From an uncultured virus (IMG/VR IMGVR_UViG_3300001589_005208) (lineage: Duplodnaviria; Heunggongvirae; Uroviricota; Caudoviricetes), in IMG/VR virus record IMGVR_UViG_3300001589_005208: a stretch of DNA of 64,000 nt. The stretch is one strand, 5' to 3'. Of the stretch, positions 38,090-47,502 are shown piece by piece. The position numbers and the translations under genes are program-made. The notes under the pieces were generated by a model. That model did not search any database. It was given only the letters and a program-made list of their open reading frames with translations, and had not been told where the DNA came from. The first letter of the stretch is position 1; every line of letters starts with the position of its first letter.

Positions 38090-39424
38090 TTAGTCTCCTC
38101 TACTCCACGGTTCGTGTTCTGGTACCACGTTGGCAATACTGCTTAGTACATCTTTGTTATTATTAGATGTTACCAAGTCATTTGTTGTTGGTGTTGATGC
38201 AACTGTTGCCTCTGGTCCATTATGATGTATGTCACTATCTAATGCAGTGAACTTTTGATCTTCAGCAGTTCTAACATGTAAAGGTCCTTCACTTTGTATG
38301 TAGGTTCCTTTTTCACTTACTGCATCTATTGTTCCATCTTCGGCATGTATTTTTACTGCCGCTTTTTTTGATTTTATATTTACGTTCATGTCTGCTTCTA
38401 AATTAATATTGCCACCTGCTTGTACATTAAATGTTCCTTCACAATGTACACTAAAGTTTCCTGCACTATAGGCATTTGTATTTCCAGTGTTGTCCATTTC
38501 AATCCAAGCATTACCACTTGCAGTTGCAACGTATAGAATACCTTTCTTATCGTCCATTAATATTTGATGTCCAGTACTTGTTCTTAAACGAATCAAGTTA
38601 CTATCACCTTCAACATCTCCATCATCCATAATAAACATATGGCCTGGTAAACGTTGCTTAACTTTTAAATCTTCTTCAGTTGCAGTACCTTCTTCCATTC
38701 TTGCTTTTAATGTAATATTTGTAGCAGGATCAGTGTTTACTGATCTTCCTGGAGTGCTTATACCGTAAACTGCACTATTGTTTTCTCTTTGGCTACTGCT
38801 AAAACTTTGTCCACGTACTGTGTCGTTTAGTAGCCCTTGTTGTTTAAATATTTTTAACAACGGAATATTAACTGGTCTTTGTATTACACCTAGTGTGCTT
38901 CTATTTTCATCTTTAAATTTTACATTTCTTTCAATGACTGGTAGAATGTCTTTTCCAGTTTCCGCGGCTGGTAAAATATCAAATACTTTTGGATCCTCGA
39001 GCCAATGCTTACTACTAGGAATACCCGGAGTCATATGATTACTCATATCATCAATCAAGCAACCTATACAAACACCTTTGTCTTTAACACCTTCAAGAAA
39101 AGTTACAACAACTCTAACTCCTGGATCAGGAGGTGACATCCACATTCCGTAACTGTATATGCCCTCAAGTTGATCTTTACCTATGTTGTCTTTATCTGTT
39201 TTGCCGTAGTATGGTGTACTCCATTGTACTGGTATCCAACTATTTGTTGCTTGTTCAGGACCGCCAAATGCTGGAATGTATACTTCAATACGTCCTGTTC
39301 TCAACACGTCACTGTTGTTTTTAATAATACCTTCATAAGGACCTGGATCAACAATTTGACGTTTTTTAGTTACGTCAAGATCTGGATCAATCCTATTTAG
39401 ATACTGTTGTGCAGTTGTACTCAT
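38090..39424 (-). CDS. gp5: Baseplate central spike (gp5/VgrG-like: OB-fold plus beta-helix, no lysozyme domain seen)
   Basis: D.LRTGRI.VYIP, SYGMW..PPD.G..V.V.F, GH.FIMDDG...IRLRT.TGHQILMDD and VPEHEPW. Confidence 0.75.
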   Translation of the reverse strand: MSTTAQQYLNRIDPDLDVTKKRQIVDPGPYEGIIKNNSDVLRTGRIEVYIPAFGGPEQATNSWIPVQWSTPYYGKTDKDNIGKDQLEGIYSYGMWMSPPDPGVRVVVTFLEGVKDKGVCIGCLIDDMSNHMTPGIPSSKHWLEDPKVFDILPAAETGKDILPVIERNVKFKDENRSTLGVIQRPVNIPLLKIFKQQGLLNDTVRGQSFSSSQRENNSAVYGISTPGRSVNTDPATNITLKARMEEGTATEEDLKVKQRLPGHMFIMDDGDVEGDSNLIRLRTSTGHQILMDDKKGILYVATASGNAWIEMDNTGNTNAYSAGNFSVHCEGTFNVQAGGNINLEADMNVNIKSKKAAVKIHAEDGTIDAVSEKGTYIQSEGPLHVRTAEDQKFTALDSDIHHNGPEATVASTPTTNDLVTSNNNKDVLSSIANVVPEHEPWSRGD

Positions 39425-42162
39425 GTTGCTATTTTCCTAGCATTGTTTAGTAACGCATTACTGGCTTTCTTTGCCTTAGTAAGTGCTGACGCCGGTGGTT
39501 CCCATCCACCTGTAATTGCTTCTACGCCTTCGCCTATGCTATTAACATCACCTGAAGGAAATCCTTTTGCTAAACTACCTGCTTTGTTTATTGCATTTTG
39601 AATTCCATTGGATCCTGTTATTGTTTTATCAAAATTATCTGGTAATGGTATTCCGGGAACTTTCCCACCTAACGCACCAGGACTAAATCTTTGTGCCGCA
39701 GTTGGTGTTTGTTTAATTTTTAAATCAACACGCTGATTAATTTCTTTTACAGTTTCAACACGCTTTTGACTTTCAGATGCTTCAACAAAATCAGACAACT
39801 GCTTGCCTCTTTCTCTAATTGCTTTTATACTTTGTGTAAACTTACCACCTGTAAATTTGCTATCAACTTCAACGGCTTTGTATATGCCATTCATAGTAGG
39901 TGCAGTAACTTCTGCAAGTCCTTCTTTGTCGTGTCCAAATCCACTGTACAACCCTGTTTCTGTATTAATGTCTTCTGGGTTTCTAAATGATAGTGATAAA
40001 TGCCACTCTCTGTCTGGATTCAACGTTTTATCATCTGGAAGATAAGACGGTGCTTCTGATGTAACATTGCTTACTGCTCGTAAGTCCTGTGATTGTATAA
40101 AAGCAGGATCTCCTATAATTTCAAGAGAGACTTCAATTAAATCTGCACCAGTTGAAAAAACATCTTGCATAAAGTTATCAACAATCATTGCACGAGGATC
40201 ACTTCTAGGATCACTTATACCTTTTGAAGTTCCAGTATCTATAACAGCCTCTTTATTAAATGGTGCAATAACACTAACTGAGTTAGCATCTGACTTAGCC
40301 AAGTTACCTGCGGCAAAATCTGATGGGTCGTACTGTGCTTTTGATGATGACGATTTTTTTGCCTTTTCCGCAATTTGGTATAAGTTCTTTTGATAGTACG
40401 CACTATTAAACTGAATGTCAAAGTTTAGTATGTCGTTGTTCTGTCCTGTGTATAGATATTTATAGTCTTTAACAACGTCCTTAATAGGTGCCTGACCAAA
40501 GTTTTCATAGTCTTTACCATGCATGTTATACTTCTTAATTGTGTATGTTATTTTTCTTGCAAAGCAATTTCTCTTTGTGTCCCACTTGTCTAATAGTGTA
40601 ATTTTAGGAACAATTCTGTAAAAGTTAATTGGTGTGTCTTGGTTTTCTTTATATTCTGAAAATTGCTTATCAGGTACTAACTGCAAGTTATCGTTCTTAA
40701 CTTGGTTAGTCATGTATGTACTTGTTCTCATTATGCTGTGAATACACTGAATAACGTTTGTTCCTGCTCGTATTGAATAAGACTGTTTTGACTCGTTGTA
40801 ATTAAAATTTTGTAGAAATTGCCCTTGTGCCTTTTTAGCAGGATCGTTTTCATTTTTAATTTTTCTATATTCAACAACATCTTGCAACGTAATAGTTGAT
40901 GTAGAAATATCAGGATCTACTACAAATTCATATTCATCAGCAAATAGTTTAGTTCCTTGTTTTACTTGTTCTTTTTCAATTAAGTTAAAATATCCTGCAA
41001 GTCCGCCTTGTACAACATCTGATCTAAGTGCATCTACTATATCCTCTGGATCGCCCATTGGGTTTGTTATCTTTTTCCTGTACTTGGTAAATGTTGTAAT
41101 GTCACTAGTTAGAAACTCTCCAATAGTAGTTGCATCAACCTTAACATCAGTTTTGATTGTTGCTTTAGTATTCTCTAATGCTAAACTGTGGTAAGGAACA
41201 CATTCAACATTATAAACTGTGCCTGCCTCAGTTGCTCCAAATGTAAACTTTTTTATTTTTACAGGAATATACCTTGTTGATTCAGGAGATCCATTTTCAA
41301 CTAATACACCGTCCTTGTCAAAGCCTTTAAAACTTATTTTTAACAAGTATGGTTGATTAGTATAATTATAACCACCCATCTCTTTGCATGCCATTACAAG
41401 TCCATTAAGTAATGTCATTCCATATGGTTCTGTAACTGTAAAACTAACCTCTGTGTTTACACTTCCAGCATTGCCGGCAGACGGTGCAATTTTACTAGCA
41501 ATCTCAACATCATCAATAAAGTAATCTAACTTAAAAAACTTGTTTCTATTCTTTTGATTTCCGCCACCTGATTTAATTAACAAACGTCCGGGCAAGTCTT
41601 CTATTGCAAACTTAGGATCGTCTACAAAACTATTAAAATCATTTACTCCTAAAACAAAAAACTCAAAATGATATGTGTAACTTGCATATTCATGTAATAC
41701 GTTTTTCTTAAACAGTGCTGGGATTTCAGTTGTATCTTTTGTTTGTGATCTTACTATTGTTCTGCCTGAACCTCCAAACGGTTCTAGTGCGTCTGCCTGA
41801 CTAAGACGTACATCCTTAGTTGCAACATCTTTAGCAGTTTTATTATATTCTGGATGCCCTGGAGGTGGTCCTGAGGTTTTATTGTCAATATTATCATCTG
41901 TGTTATTCTTATCAACAGGTGCCGTGTTTTTATTTTCAGGATGTCCTGGAGGTGGTTTTGAGAAACTTGTCTTAGTTACCGGTGTTCCTATTTTTTCTTT
42001 ACCACCTGAACTAGCACCAGTAATACCTTCTGACTTGCCACCAGGCCCACCTGTAAGTTTGTTCATAACATCCATTGCAGCCGCAGCATCTTTATTGTAT
42101 TCTGCTTTTTGGCTTTCTGGTACTAATTTACCTAAACCATTTATTAAGTTTTGAAGTGCCAC
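39421..42162 (-). CDS. Baseplate hub protein (gp27-like position)
   Basis: NVLHEYASYTY, FTVTEPYG, Y.Y.YTG.N.DILNFDI.FN, LEIIGDP and G.Y....V.S.F.GG.FTQ; lies between the gp53-like and gp5-like genes; GTG start. Confidence 0.6.
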   Translation of the reverse strand: MALQNLINGLGKLVPESQKAEYNKDAAAAMDVMNKLTGGPGGKSEGITGASSGGKEKIGTPVTKTSFSKPPPGHPENKNTAPVDKNNTDDNIDNKTSGPPPGHPEYNKTAKDVATKDVRLSQADALEPFGGSGRTIVRSQTKDTTEIPALFKKNVLHEYASYTYHFEFFVLGVNDFNSFVDDPKFAIEDLPGRLLIKSGGGNQKNRNKFFKLDYFIDDVEIASKIAPSAGNAGSVNTEVSFTVTEPYGMTLLNGLVMACKEMGGYNYTNQPYLLKISFKGFDKDGVLVENGSPESTRYIPVKIKKFTFGATEAGTVYNVECVPYHSLALENTKATIKTDVKVDATTIGEFLTSDITTFTKYRKKITNPMGDPEDIVDALRSDVVQGGLAGYFNLIEKEQVKQGTKLFADEYEFVVDPDISTSTITLQDVVEYRKIKNENDPAKKAQGQFLQNFNYNESKQSYSIRAGTNVIQCIHSIMRTSTYMTNQVKNDNLQLVPDKQFSEYKENQDTPINFYRIVPKITLLDKWDTKRNCFARKITYTIKKYNMHGKDYENFGQAPIKDVVKDYKYLYTGQNNDILNFDIQFNSAYYQKNLYQIAEKAKKSSSSKAQYDPSDFAAGNLAKSDANSVSVIAPFNKEAVIDTGTSKGISDPRSDPRAMIVDNFMQDVFSTGADLIEVSLEIIGDPAFIQSQDLRAVSNVTSEAPSYLPDDKTLNPDREWHLSLSFRNPEDINTETGLYSGFGHDKEGLAEVTAPTMNGIYKAVEVDSKFTGGKFTQSIKAIRERGKQLSDFVEASESQKRVETVKEINQRVDLKIKQTPTAAQRFSPGALGGKVPGIPLPDNFDKTITGSNGIQNAINKAGSLAKGFPSGDVNSIGEGVEAITGGWEPPASALTKAKKASNALLNNARKIAT

Positions 42163-42163
42163 G

Positions 42164-42463
42164 TTATATTCCTAAATCATTAAATAGTCGTTCTTGCTCG
42201 GGTAAGAATATATTAACTCCTTGTTTCATATCCCATATTGGGTCATGAATTATATTTGGATTACGTTGTGCAAACACCCACCATAACTTTGGGTTATCAT
42301 ATAAGTCGTTCGCAAGTAAGTCTGGACGATATTCATATGTGGTATTGATTGTTAATATTTGGTCACCTGCTGAAGCACTGATTGGTCTAGGTGTTAATGT
42401 TTCTAGTTGTCTATTAACGTTTGTTCCAGTTCTATAATAAGGGCTGGTATTACTGTACGCCAT
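42164..42463 (-). CDS. gp53: Baseplate wedge protein, gp53/LysM-like
   Basis: YEYRPDLLANDLYDNPKLWWVFAQRN. Confidence 0.75.
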   Translation of the reverse strand: MAYSNTSPYYRTGTNVNRQLETLTPRPISASAGDQILTINTTYEYRPDLLANDLYDNPKLWWVFAQRNPNIIHDPIWDMKQGVNIFLPEQERLFNDLGI

Positions 42464-42472
42464 AATGTTTCC

Positions 42473-42622
42473 TTACTTTATGTATTTCTTTAATAACAAG
42501 TAAATTGTATAACAAGCAAACAAATATACAGTTGCTACGCCTACATCTGGTAAATGTTCACGCATGTGATATATAAATTCTATGCCTGCTTGTACATCAC
42601 CTTCAGTTACTTTTTCTTCCAT
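42473..42622 (-). CDS. Small membrane protein (49 aa; not in the ORF track)
   Basis: Manual translation gives MEEKVTEGDVQAGIEFIYHMREHLPDVGVATVYLFACYTIYLLLKKYIK; TAATG coupling. Confidence 0.6.
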   Translation of the reverse strand: MEEKVTEGDVQAGIEFIYHMREHLPDVGVATVYLFACYTIYLLLKKYIK

Positions 42623-43557
42623 TAGATGAATCCTTTTGAACTACCGGCTCCACTTGCAAGTGTATCTAAACCAAATTCTCTTAATTGATTTCTACTGTAA
42701 ACCGGTGTAACGCCTACACTTATTTCAGTTTGTCTTGGTACACGAGTTGTTCCTGGTGAACTTTCAAAACCTCCTGCTGACAGACCTGGTATTGCCATAT
42801 AGTCTACTTCTGCGGGTAGTGTAATCGATACGTTGTTAACAACACAAGGAATGTTTGGCATTAAGTGTTGTCCGTGTCCACTTAATCTCATAATTGGAGG
42901 CGGGTTACCTGCAAGAGCTCCGTCCGCTTCTCCAAACATTTTTGTAATTGTTCTTAAAAATTGTATTACTGCCATTACATAGATTGCATCAGGCCCTGAA
43001 TCAACAGTAAATGTTCCAGTTACTAATATGTCTTGTACTGAACTATTACTGTAAAAATTAAAGGGATAATTACTATGTGTAGGACTTGTTCTTGAATAAT
43101 CAACTTGATGTTGAAATGTAATAGCAGGAGTATATGGAAATACAACTCCATTTGTCTCGGCTAACGGTGAAATTAAACCGCCAGTACTGCCATTATATAA
43201 AATTTTACTTTTAGGAGGTAAACTAAGTCTTACTCTATGGTCTGCGTTTTTATTACCAACAACTGGGTAACTAGTACTCATTGCAGCACCTTTTTTATTA
43301 GCACTAGCGCCTTTACTAATACCGGCACCAAATAGTCTACCAATATCAGGAGCACCACCACCTGCTAAGTTTTTCATGCCAGGCATAAATCCACCTACAA
43401 TATTAGCCGCCATTGGATTTTTGTCTGCAAACTCTCCAAAACTTGCATAAGATGGAACAGTTGATGTTGTTACACCTTTGTTTTTTGCTAATTGTGAAAC
43501 CGGTGCACCTTTACTATTGTATTGTACATCGCCCTTACTATTTAAAATTCTACCCAT
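42622..43557 (-). CDS. Tail tube initiator / baseplate tube-cap-like protein (gp48/gp54-like)
   Basis: GVVFPYTP.I, P.HSNY, FLRT.TKMF, GNPPPI..LSG.G and PCVV. Confidence 0.6.
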   Translation of the reverse strand: MGRILNSKGDVQYNSKGAPVSQLAKNKGVTTSTVPSYASFGEFADKNPMAANIVGGFMPGMKNLAGGGAPDIGRLFGAGISKGASANKKGAAMSTSYPVVGNKNADHRVRLSLPPKSKILYNGSTGGLISPLAETNGVVFPYTPAITFQHQVDYSRTSPTHSNYPFNFYSNSSVQDILVTGTFTVDSGPDAIYVMAVIQFLRTITKMFGEADGALAGNPPPIMRLSGHGQHLMPNIPCVVNNVSITLPAEVDYMAIPGLSAGGFESSPGTTRVPRQTEISVGVTPVYSRNQLREFGLDTLASGAGSSKGFI

Positions 43558-43571
43558 TATTAAAATACCTC

Positions 43572-43600
43572 TTGCTCTATGTATTTATTTACGTTATAAT
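43572..43600 (+). promoter_or_regulatory. Sigma70-like promoter for the late sigma gene
   Basis: TTGCTC-N17-TATAAT, 30 nt upstream of the ATG at 43631. Confidence 0.7.
43582..43588 (-). promoter_or_regulatory. Late promoter (ATAAATA) for the baseplate operon
   Basis: Minus strand GTAAATAAATA upstream of the GAGG SD and ATG at 43557. Confidence 0.6.
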
Positions 43601-43630
43601 GTACATATATAATTATAAGGAAACCCTTAA

Positions 43631-44464
43631 ATGGCCACCAGAAACTATCTCAACAACAGAGATTTATTAAAAGAAATACACAAAAGTAAAACAAGTTACG
43701 GATCATATATTGATATCGAATCAAAAGATGTTGATTGTATTGTATTAAGCGTAGCCGCTATTGACAAGTCCTCAATTAAAGAAGCTCGTAAAGCACGGGC
43801 TGACCGAATACAACGTGCGGCGTTTGAGAAAAACGATAACAAAAAACTAAAGATGGCAGACTTTGCAGTTGACCCTGAAAGTTTTCAGTTAAGTGAACTA
43901 GTGTTCCGTGTAATGACATTTGAACATATTCCATTAGAACCAGGACGTAAGAAAACTCCTAAAACAGTTGCAGACCATCATACCAAGTGTTTGTTTCCTC
44001 CATACCAGCATTATAGACATGATGATGACGGAGAACTACAGCTAGTGGCTAAAAGTCATTGGGTTGGTGGAATGGAAAATGGTTACTTTAGTCAGGATCA
44101 TGGAAAAACATCAAACAAACTTGCAAACATGTACATGAAACTATGTGAACGTTACAGTCACAGATATAACTGGCGTGGTTATACATATGTTGATGAAATG
44201 CGTGGACAAGCACTTGTACAACTTGCACAAATTGGTTTACAATTTGATGAATCAAAGAGTCAAAACCCATTTGCTTATTATACTGCCGCTATTACAAATA
44301 GTTTTACAAGAGTACTAAACATCGAAAAACGTAATCAAAACATACGTGATGATATACTTGAAATGAATGATTTAACACCAAGTTATACCAGACAACACAA
44401 CAGTGAATGGAATACTAGAATTGCTGAAGAATCTAAAGTAGTAGCACCTGCAGACAAGAAATAG
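43631..44464 (+). CDS. gp55: Late-transcription sigma factor (gp55-like)
   Basis: NYLNNRDLL, NWRGYTYVDEM and FDESKSQNPFAYYT....NSF.R.L..EK.NQ; upstream of gp47/gp46 as in T4-like phages. Confidence 0.85.
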   Translation: MATRNYLNNRDLLKEIHKSKTSYGSYIDIESKDVDCIVLSVAAIDKSSIKEARKARADRIQRAAFEKNDNKKLKMADFAVDPESFQLSELVFRVMTFEHIPLEPGRKKTPKTVADHHTKCLFPPYQHYRHDDDGELQLVAKSHWVGGMENGYFSQDHGKTSNKLANMYMKLCERYSHRYNWRGYTYVDEMRGQALVQLAQIGLQFDESKSQNPFAYYTAAITNSFTRVLNIEKRNQNIRDDILEMNDLTPSYTRQHNSEWNTRIAEESKVVAPADKK

Positions 44465-44465
44465 G

Positions 44466-44494
44466 TTGCTCTTTGCTTAAAAAACCTATACAAT
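44466..44494 (+). promoter_or_regulatory. Sigma70-like promoter for gp47/gp46
   Basis: TTGCTC-N17-TACAAT, with the same -35 hexamer as at 43572. Confidence 0.65.
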
Positions 44495-44526
44495 AACGTA
44501 TATATTAGAAACATGTTAGGACTTGT

Positions 44527-45540
44527 ATGAGTAACTTATTCAAGAAGGCAGTAGTCTTTACGGATATACACTTTGGCAACAAGAGTAATGCATATGCACA
44601 TAACGAAGATGGTGTGGCATTTGTTGAATGGGCTATTAAACTAGGAAAAGAACAAGGAGCAGAAACTTGTTTATTTCTTGGTGATTGGCACCACCACAGA
44701 GCAAGTATAAACGTTGCTACACTGAATTACAGTATTATGGCTATGACTAAACTTAGCGATGCGTTTGATCAGGTAATATTTTTGCCTGGTAACCACGATG
44801 AGTATTATAGAGATAAACGTGACTTCAATAGTGTAGCATGGATTAAGCATTTACCTAATGTAAGATTGTTTAACGATATTACAGTTGAAGGTGATGTTGC
44901 TATTGTTCCATGGCTTGTTGGCGATGAATGGAAACAAATTAAAAAAATTGAAGCAAAGTATATGCTAGGACATTTTGAACTTCCTAGTTTTTATATGAAT
45001 GCAATGGTACAAATGCCCGACCACGGAGAACTAAAGAACAATCACTTCAAAGGTGTTGAACGTATGTTTACCGGGCACTTTCACAAAAGACAAGAAGTAG
45101 GAAACATAAGTTACATTGGTAATGCTTTTCCACATAACTATTCAGATGCGTGGGACGATGACAGAGGTGCAATGATACTTGAATGGGATAAGCCACATGT
45201 ATATCATGCATGGCCTGATGCACCTAAGTACCGTGTACTAAAACTTAGTGACCTGCTTGATAATCCAGATAAGTTATTGTTGCCTAAAACATATGCAAGA
45301 ATTAATTTAGATATTGATATCAGTTATGAAGAAGCGAACTTTATAAAAGAAACATTCTATGAACAGTATGATGTAAGAGAACTTGCACTATTGCCACAAA
45401 AGAATGTTGAGACTGAATTTGACGAACAAGTAGAAATTAACTTTGAAAGTGTTGATAGTATTGTTTACAGTCAACTTACGGCAGTACAAAGTGAGTTATA
45501 CGACAGTAACCTATTAATGGAAATATACAGGAATCTATAA
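44527..45540 (+). CDS. gp47: Recombination endonuclease subunit, Mre11/SbcD-like
   Basis: Metallophosphoesterase motifs DIHFG, GDWHH, GNHD, GHFE and GHFH. Confidence 0.92.
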   Translation: MSNLFKKAVVFTDIHFGNKSNAYAHNEDGVAFVEWAIKLGKEQGAETCLFLGDWHHHRASINVATLNYSIMAMTKLSDAFDQVIFLPGNHDEYYRDKRDFNSVAWIKHLPNVRLFNDITVEGDVAIVPWLVGDEWKQIKKIEAKYMLGHFELPSFYMNAMVQMPDHGELKNNHFKGVERMFTGHFHKRQEVGNISYIGNAFPHNYSDAWDDDRGAMILEWDKPHVYHAWPDAPKYRVLKLSDLLDNPDKLLLPKTYARINLDIDISYEEANFIKETFYEQYDVRELALLPQKNVETEFDEQVEINFESVDSIVYSQLTAVQSELYDSNLLMEIYRNL

Positions 45541-47310
45541 TTGTTTAAAATAAACAATCTTACAGCAAAAAACTTTATGAGTGTGGGTAATAGTACCCAG
45601 GCAGTTGATTTTAATCGTGATGACTTAACACTTGTGCTAGGTGAAAACTTAGATACTGGTGGTGGTGACAATGGTTCAAGAAACGGTACAGGTAAAACAA
45701 CTATAATTAATGCATTAAGTTATGCACTATATGGTCTGGCTTTAACTAACATTCGTAGAGATAATTTGGTAAACAAAACTAACGGTAAAAATATGTTAGT
45801 TACTTGTGAATTTGAACTTTCAGGAATGCAGTATAGGATTGAACGTGGACGTAAGCCAAATGTACTAAAGTTTTATATTAATAACCACGAACAAGAAGCA
45901 AGTGATTCTGCACAAGGTGATAGTCGAGAAACACAAGCAGAGATAGAACGTTTACTTGGTATGCAACACAACATGTTTAAACATATTGTTGCACTAAACA
46001 CATACACTGAACCTTTCCTTAGTATGAAAGCAAACGATCAACGTGCTATTATCGAACAGTTACTAGGTATTACATTGCTCAGTGAAAAAGCAGATGTACT
46101 TAAAGAACAACTAAAAGTTAGTAAGGAACTAGCAACTACAGAAGAGTTTAGTATCAAGAGTCAAATTGATGCTAATGGTCGTATTGAAGAACAAGTTGAA
46201 GCACTTAAACGCAGACAAACATTGTGGAAGAATAAACACGATGAAGATGCTAGACAACTTGACAGTGGGCTTGATGCATTATCGCATGTTGATATTGAAG
46301 CAGAATTAGAAGCACACAGTAAACGTAAAGATTACAAAACTAAAAAGAGACAGATTAAAGAAACAAACGATTTACTAGATAGAATAACTGCTGAAACAAA
46401 ACGTAACAATAAAAGTATACAAAAACTTGAAAAAGAATTAGCACTACTAAGCGAACACAAATGTTATGCATGTGGGCAAGAAATACACGATAACAAACAA
46501 GAAGATACAATTAACACTAAAAAAGAATCTCTACAAGAAGCAATAGATGTTGTAGAAAAAAATAGTGTTGAAGAAAATACATTAAATATTGCACTAGGCG
46601 AACTAGGCGATCTTGGAGATGAACCTAATGTATTTTATGAGTCTCTTGATGATGCTTATGATCACAGAGGTAGTTTAGATAAACTAAAAGCAGAACTAGA
46701 TGGTTTACTAGCACAAGTAGATCCATACGCAGAACAAATACAAGAGATGCAGGAAACTGCAATACAAGAAGTAGATTATACTACACTTAACGAAATTGTA
46801 AGAGTCAAAGACCATCAGGAGTTTTTACAACGATTACTAACTAGTAAAGATAGTTTTATAAGAAAAAGAATTATTGATCAAAACTTAGCATTCTTAAACA
46901 AGCGATTAGCATACTATTTAGAACGTATAGGATTACCACATAGTGTTGTATTCTTAAACGATTTAACAGTAGAAATACAAGAGCTTGGAAGAGATTTAGA
47001 TTTTGACAATTTAAGTCGTGGAGAACGTAACAGACTTATATTAAGTTTAAGTTGGGCTTTCCGTGATGTATGGGAAAATCTATACCAGCCAATTAATTTG
47101 TTATTCATTGATGAATTAGTTGACAGTGGAATGGATTCAAGTGGAGTTGAAAACTCGCTTGCCATACTAAAGAAGATTAGCAGAGAACGTAAAAAGAGTG
47201 TGTGGCTTGTGTCGCACAAAGACGAACTTGCTGGTCGTGTAAACAACATACTTACAGTTACAAAAGAAAATGGGTTTACAAGTTATAATACAGATATCGA
47301 AGTCATATAG
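45541..47310 (+). CDS. gp46: Recombination ATPase subunit, Rad50/SbcC-like
   Basis: Walker A NGTGKTT, zinc hook CYACG, signature LSRGE, Walker B LFIDE and VSH; TTG start. Confidence 0.93.
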   Translation: MFKINNLTAKNFMSVGNSTQAVDFNRDDLTLVLGENLDTGGGDNGSRNGTGKTTIINALSYALYGLALTNIRRDNLVNKTNGKNMLVTCEFELSGMQYRIERGRKPNVLKFYINNHEQEASDSAQGDSRETQAEIERLLGMQHNMFKHIVALNTYTEPFLSMKANDQRAIIEQLLGITLLSEKADVLKEQLKVSKELATTEEFSIKSQIDANGRIEEQVEALKRRQTLWKNKHDEDARQLDSGLDALSHVDIEAELEAHSKRKDYKTKKRQIKETNDLLDRITAETKRNNKSIQKLEKELALLSEHKCYACGQEIHDNKQEDTINTKKESLQEAIDVVEKNSVEENTLNIALGELGDLGDEPNVFYESLDDAYDHRGSLDKLKAELDGLLAQVDPYAEQIQEMQETAIQEVDYTTLNEIVRVKDHQEFLQRLLTSKDSFIRKRIIDQNLAFLNKRLAYYLERIGLPHSVVFLNDLTVEIQELGRDLDFDNLSRGERNRLILSLSWAFRDVWENLYQPINLLFIDELVDSGMDSSGVENSLAILKKISRERKKSVWLVSHKDELAGRVNNILTVTKENGFTSYNTDIEVI

Positions 47311-47319
47311 GAGAACAAC

Positions 47320-47502
47320 ATGGCAAATCAAATTCACGAACAAATCGTAGCAGCCTATGAAGCATACTTAAAAGAGCATGCCGCTTGGGAAGACAAAGGT
47401 GTTAAAGCCGCAGCCGCTCGAGCAAGAAAGTCACTAGGCGACATTGGTAAACTTACCAAATCAAGACGTGCTGAGATCCAAGAAAAGAAAAACAGTATGT
47501 AA
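47320..47502 (+). CDS. Histone H1-like / Hc1-like small basic protein
   Basis: KGVKAAAARARKSLGDIGKLTKSRRAEIQEKKN; strong AGGAG SD. Confidence 0.7.
   Translation: MANQIHEQIVAAYEAYLKEHAAWEDKGVKAAAARARKSLGDIGKLTKSRRAEIQEKKNSM

Noticed and set aside
36269..38166. Plus-strand ORFs 36269-37063, 37183-37710 and 37798-38166
   Set aside because: They lie fully antisense to coupled minus-strand genes and have shadow-like composition.
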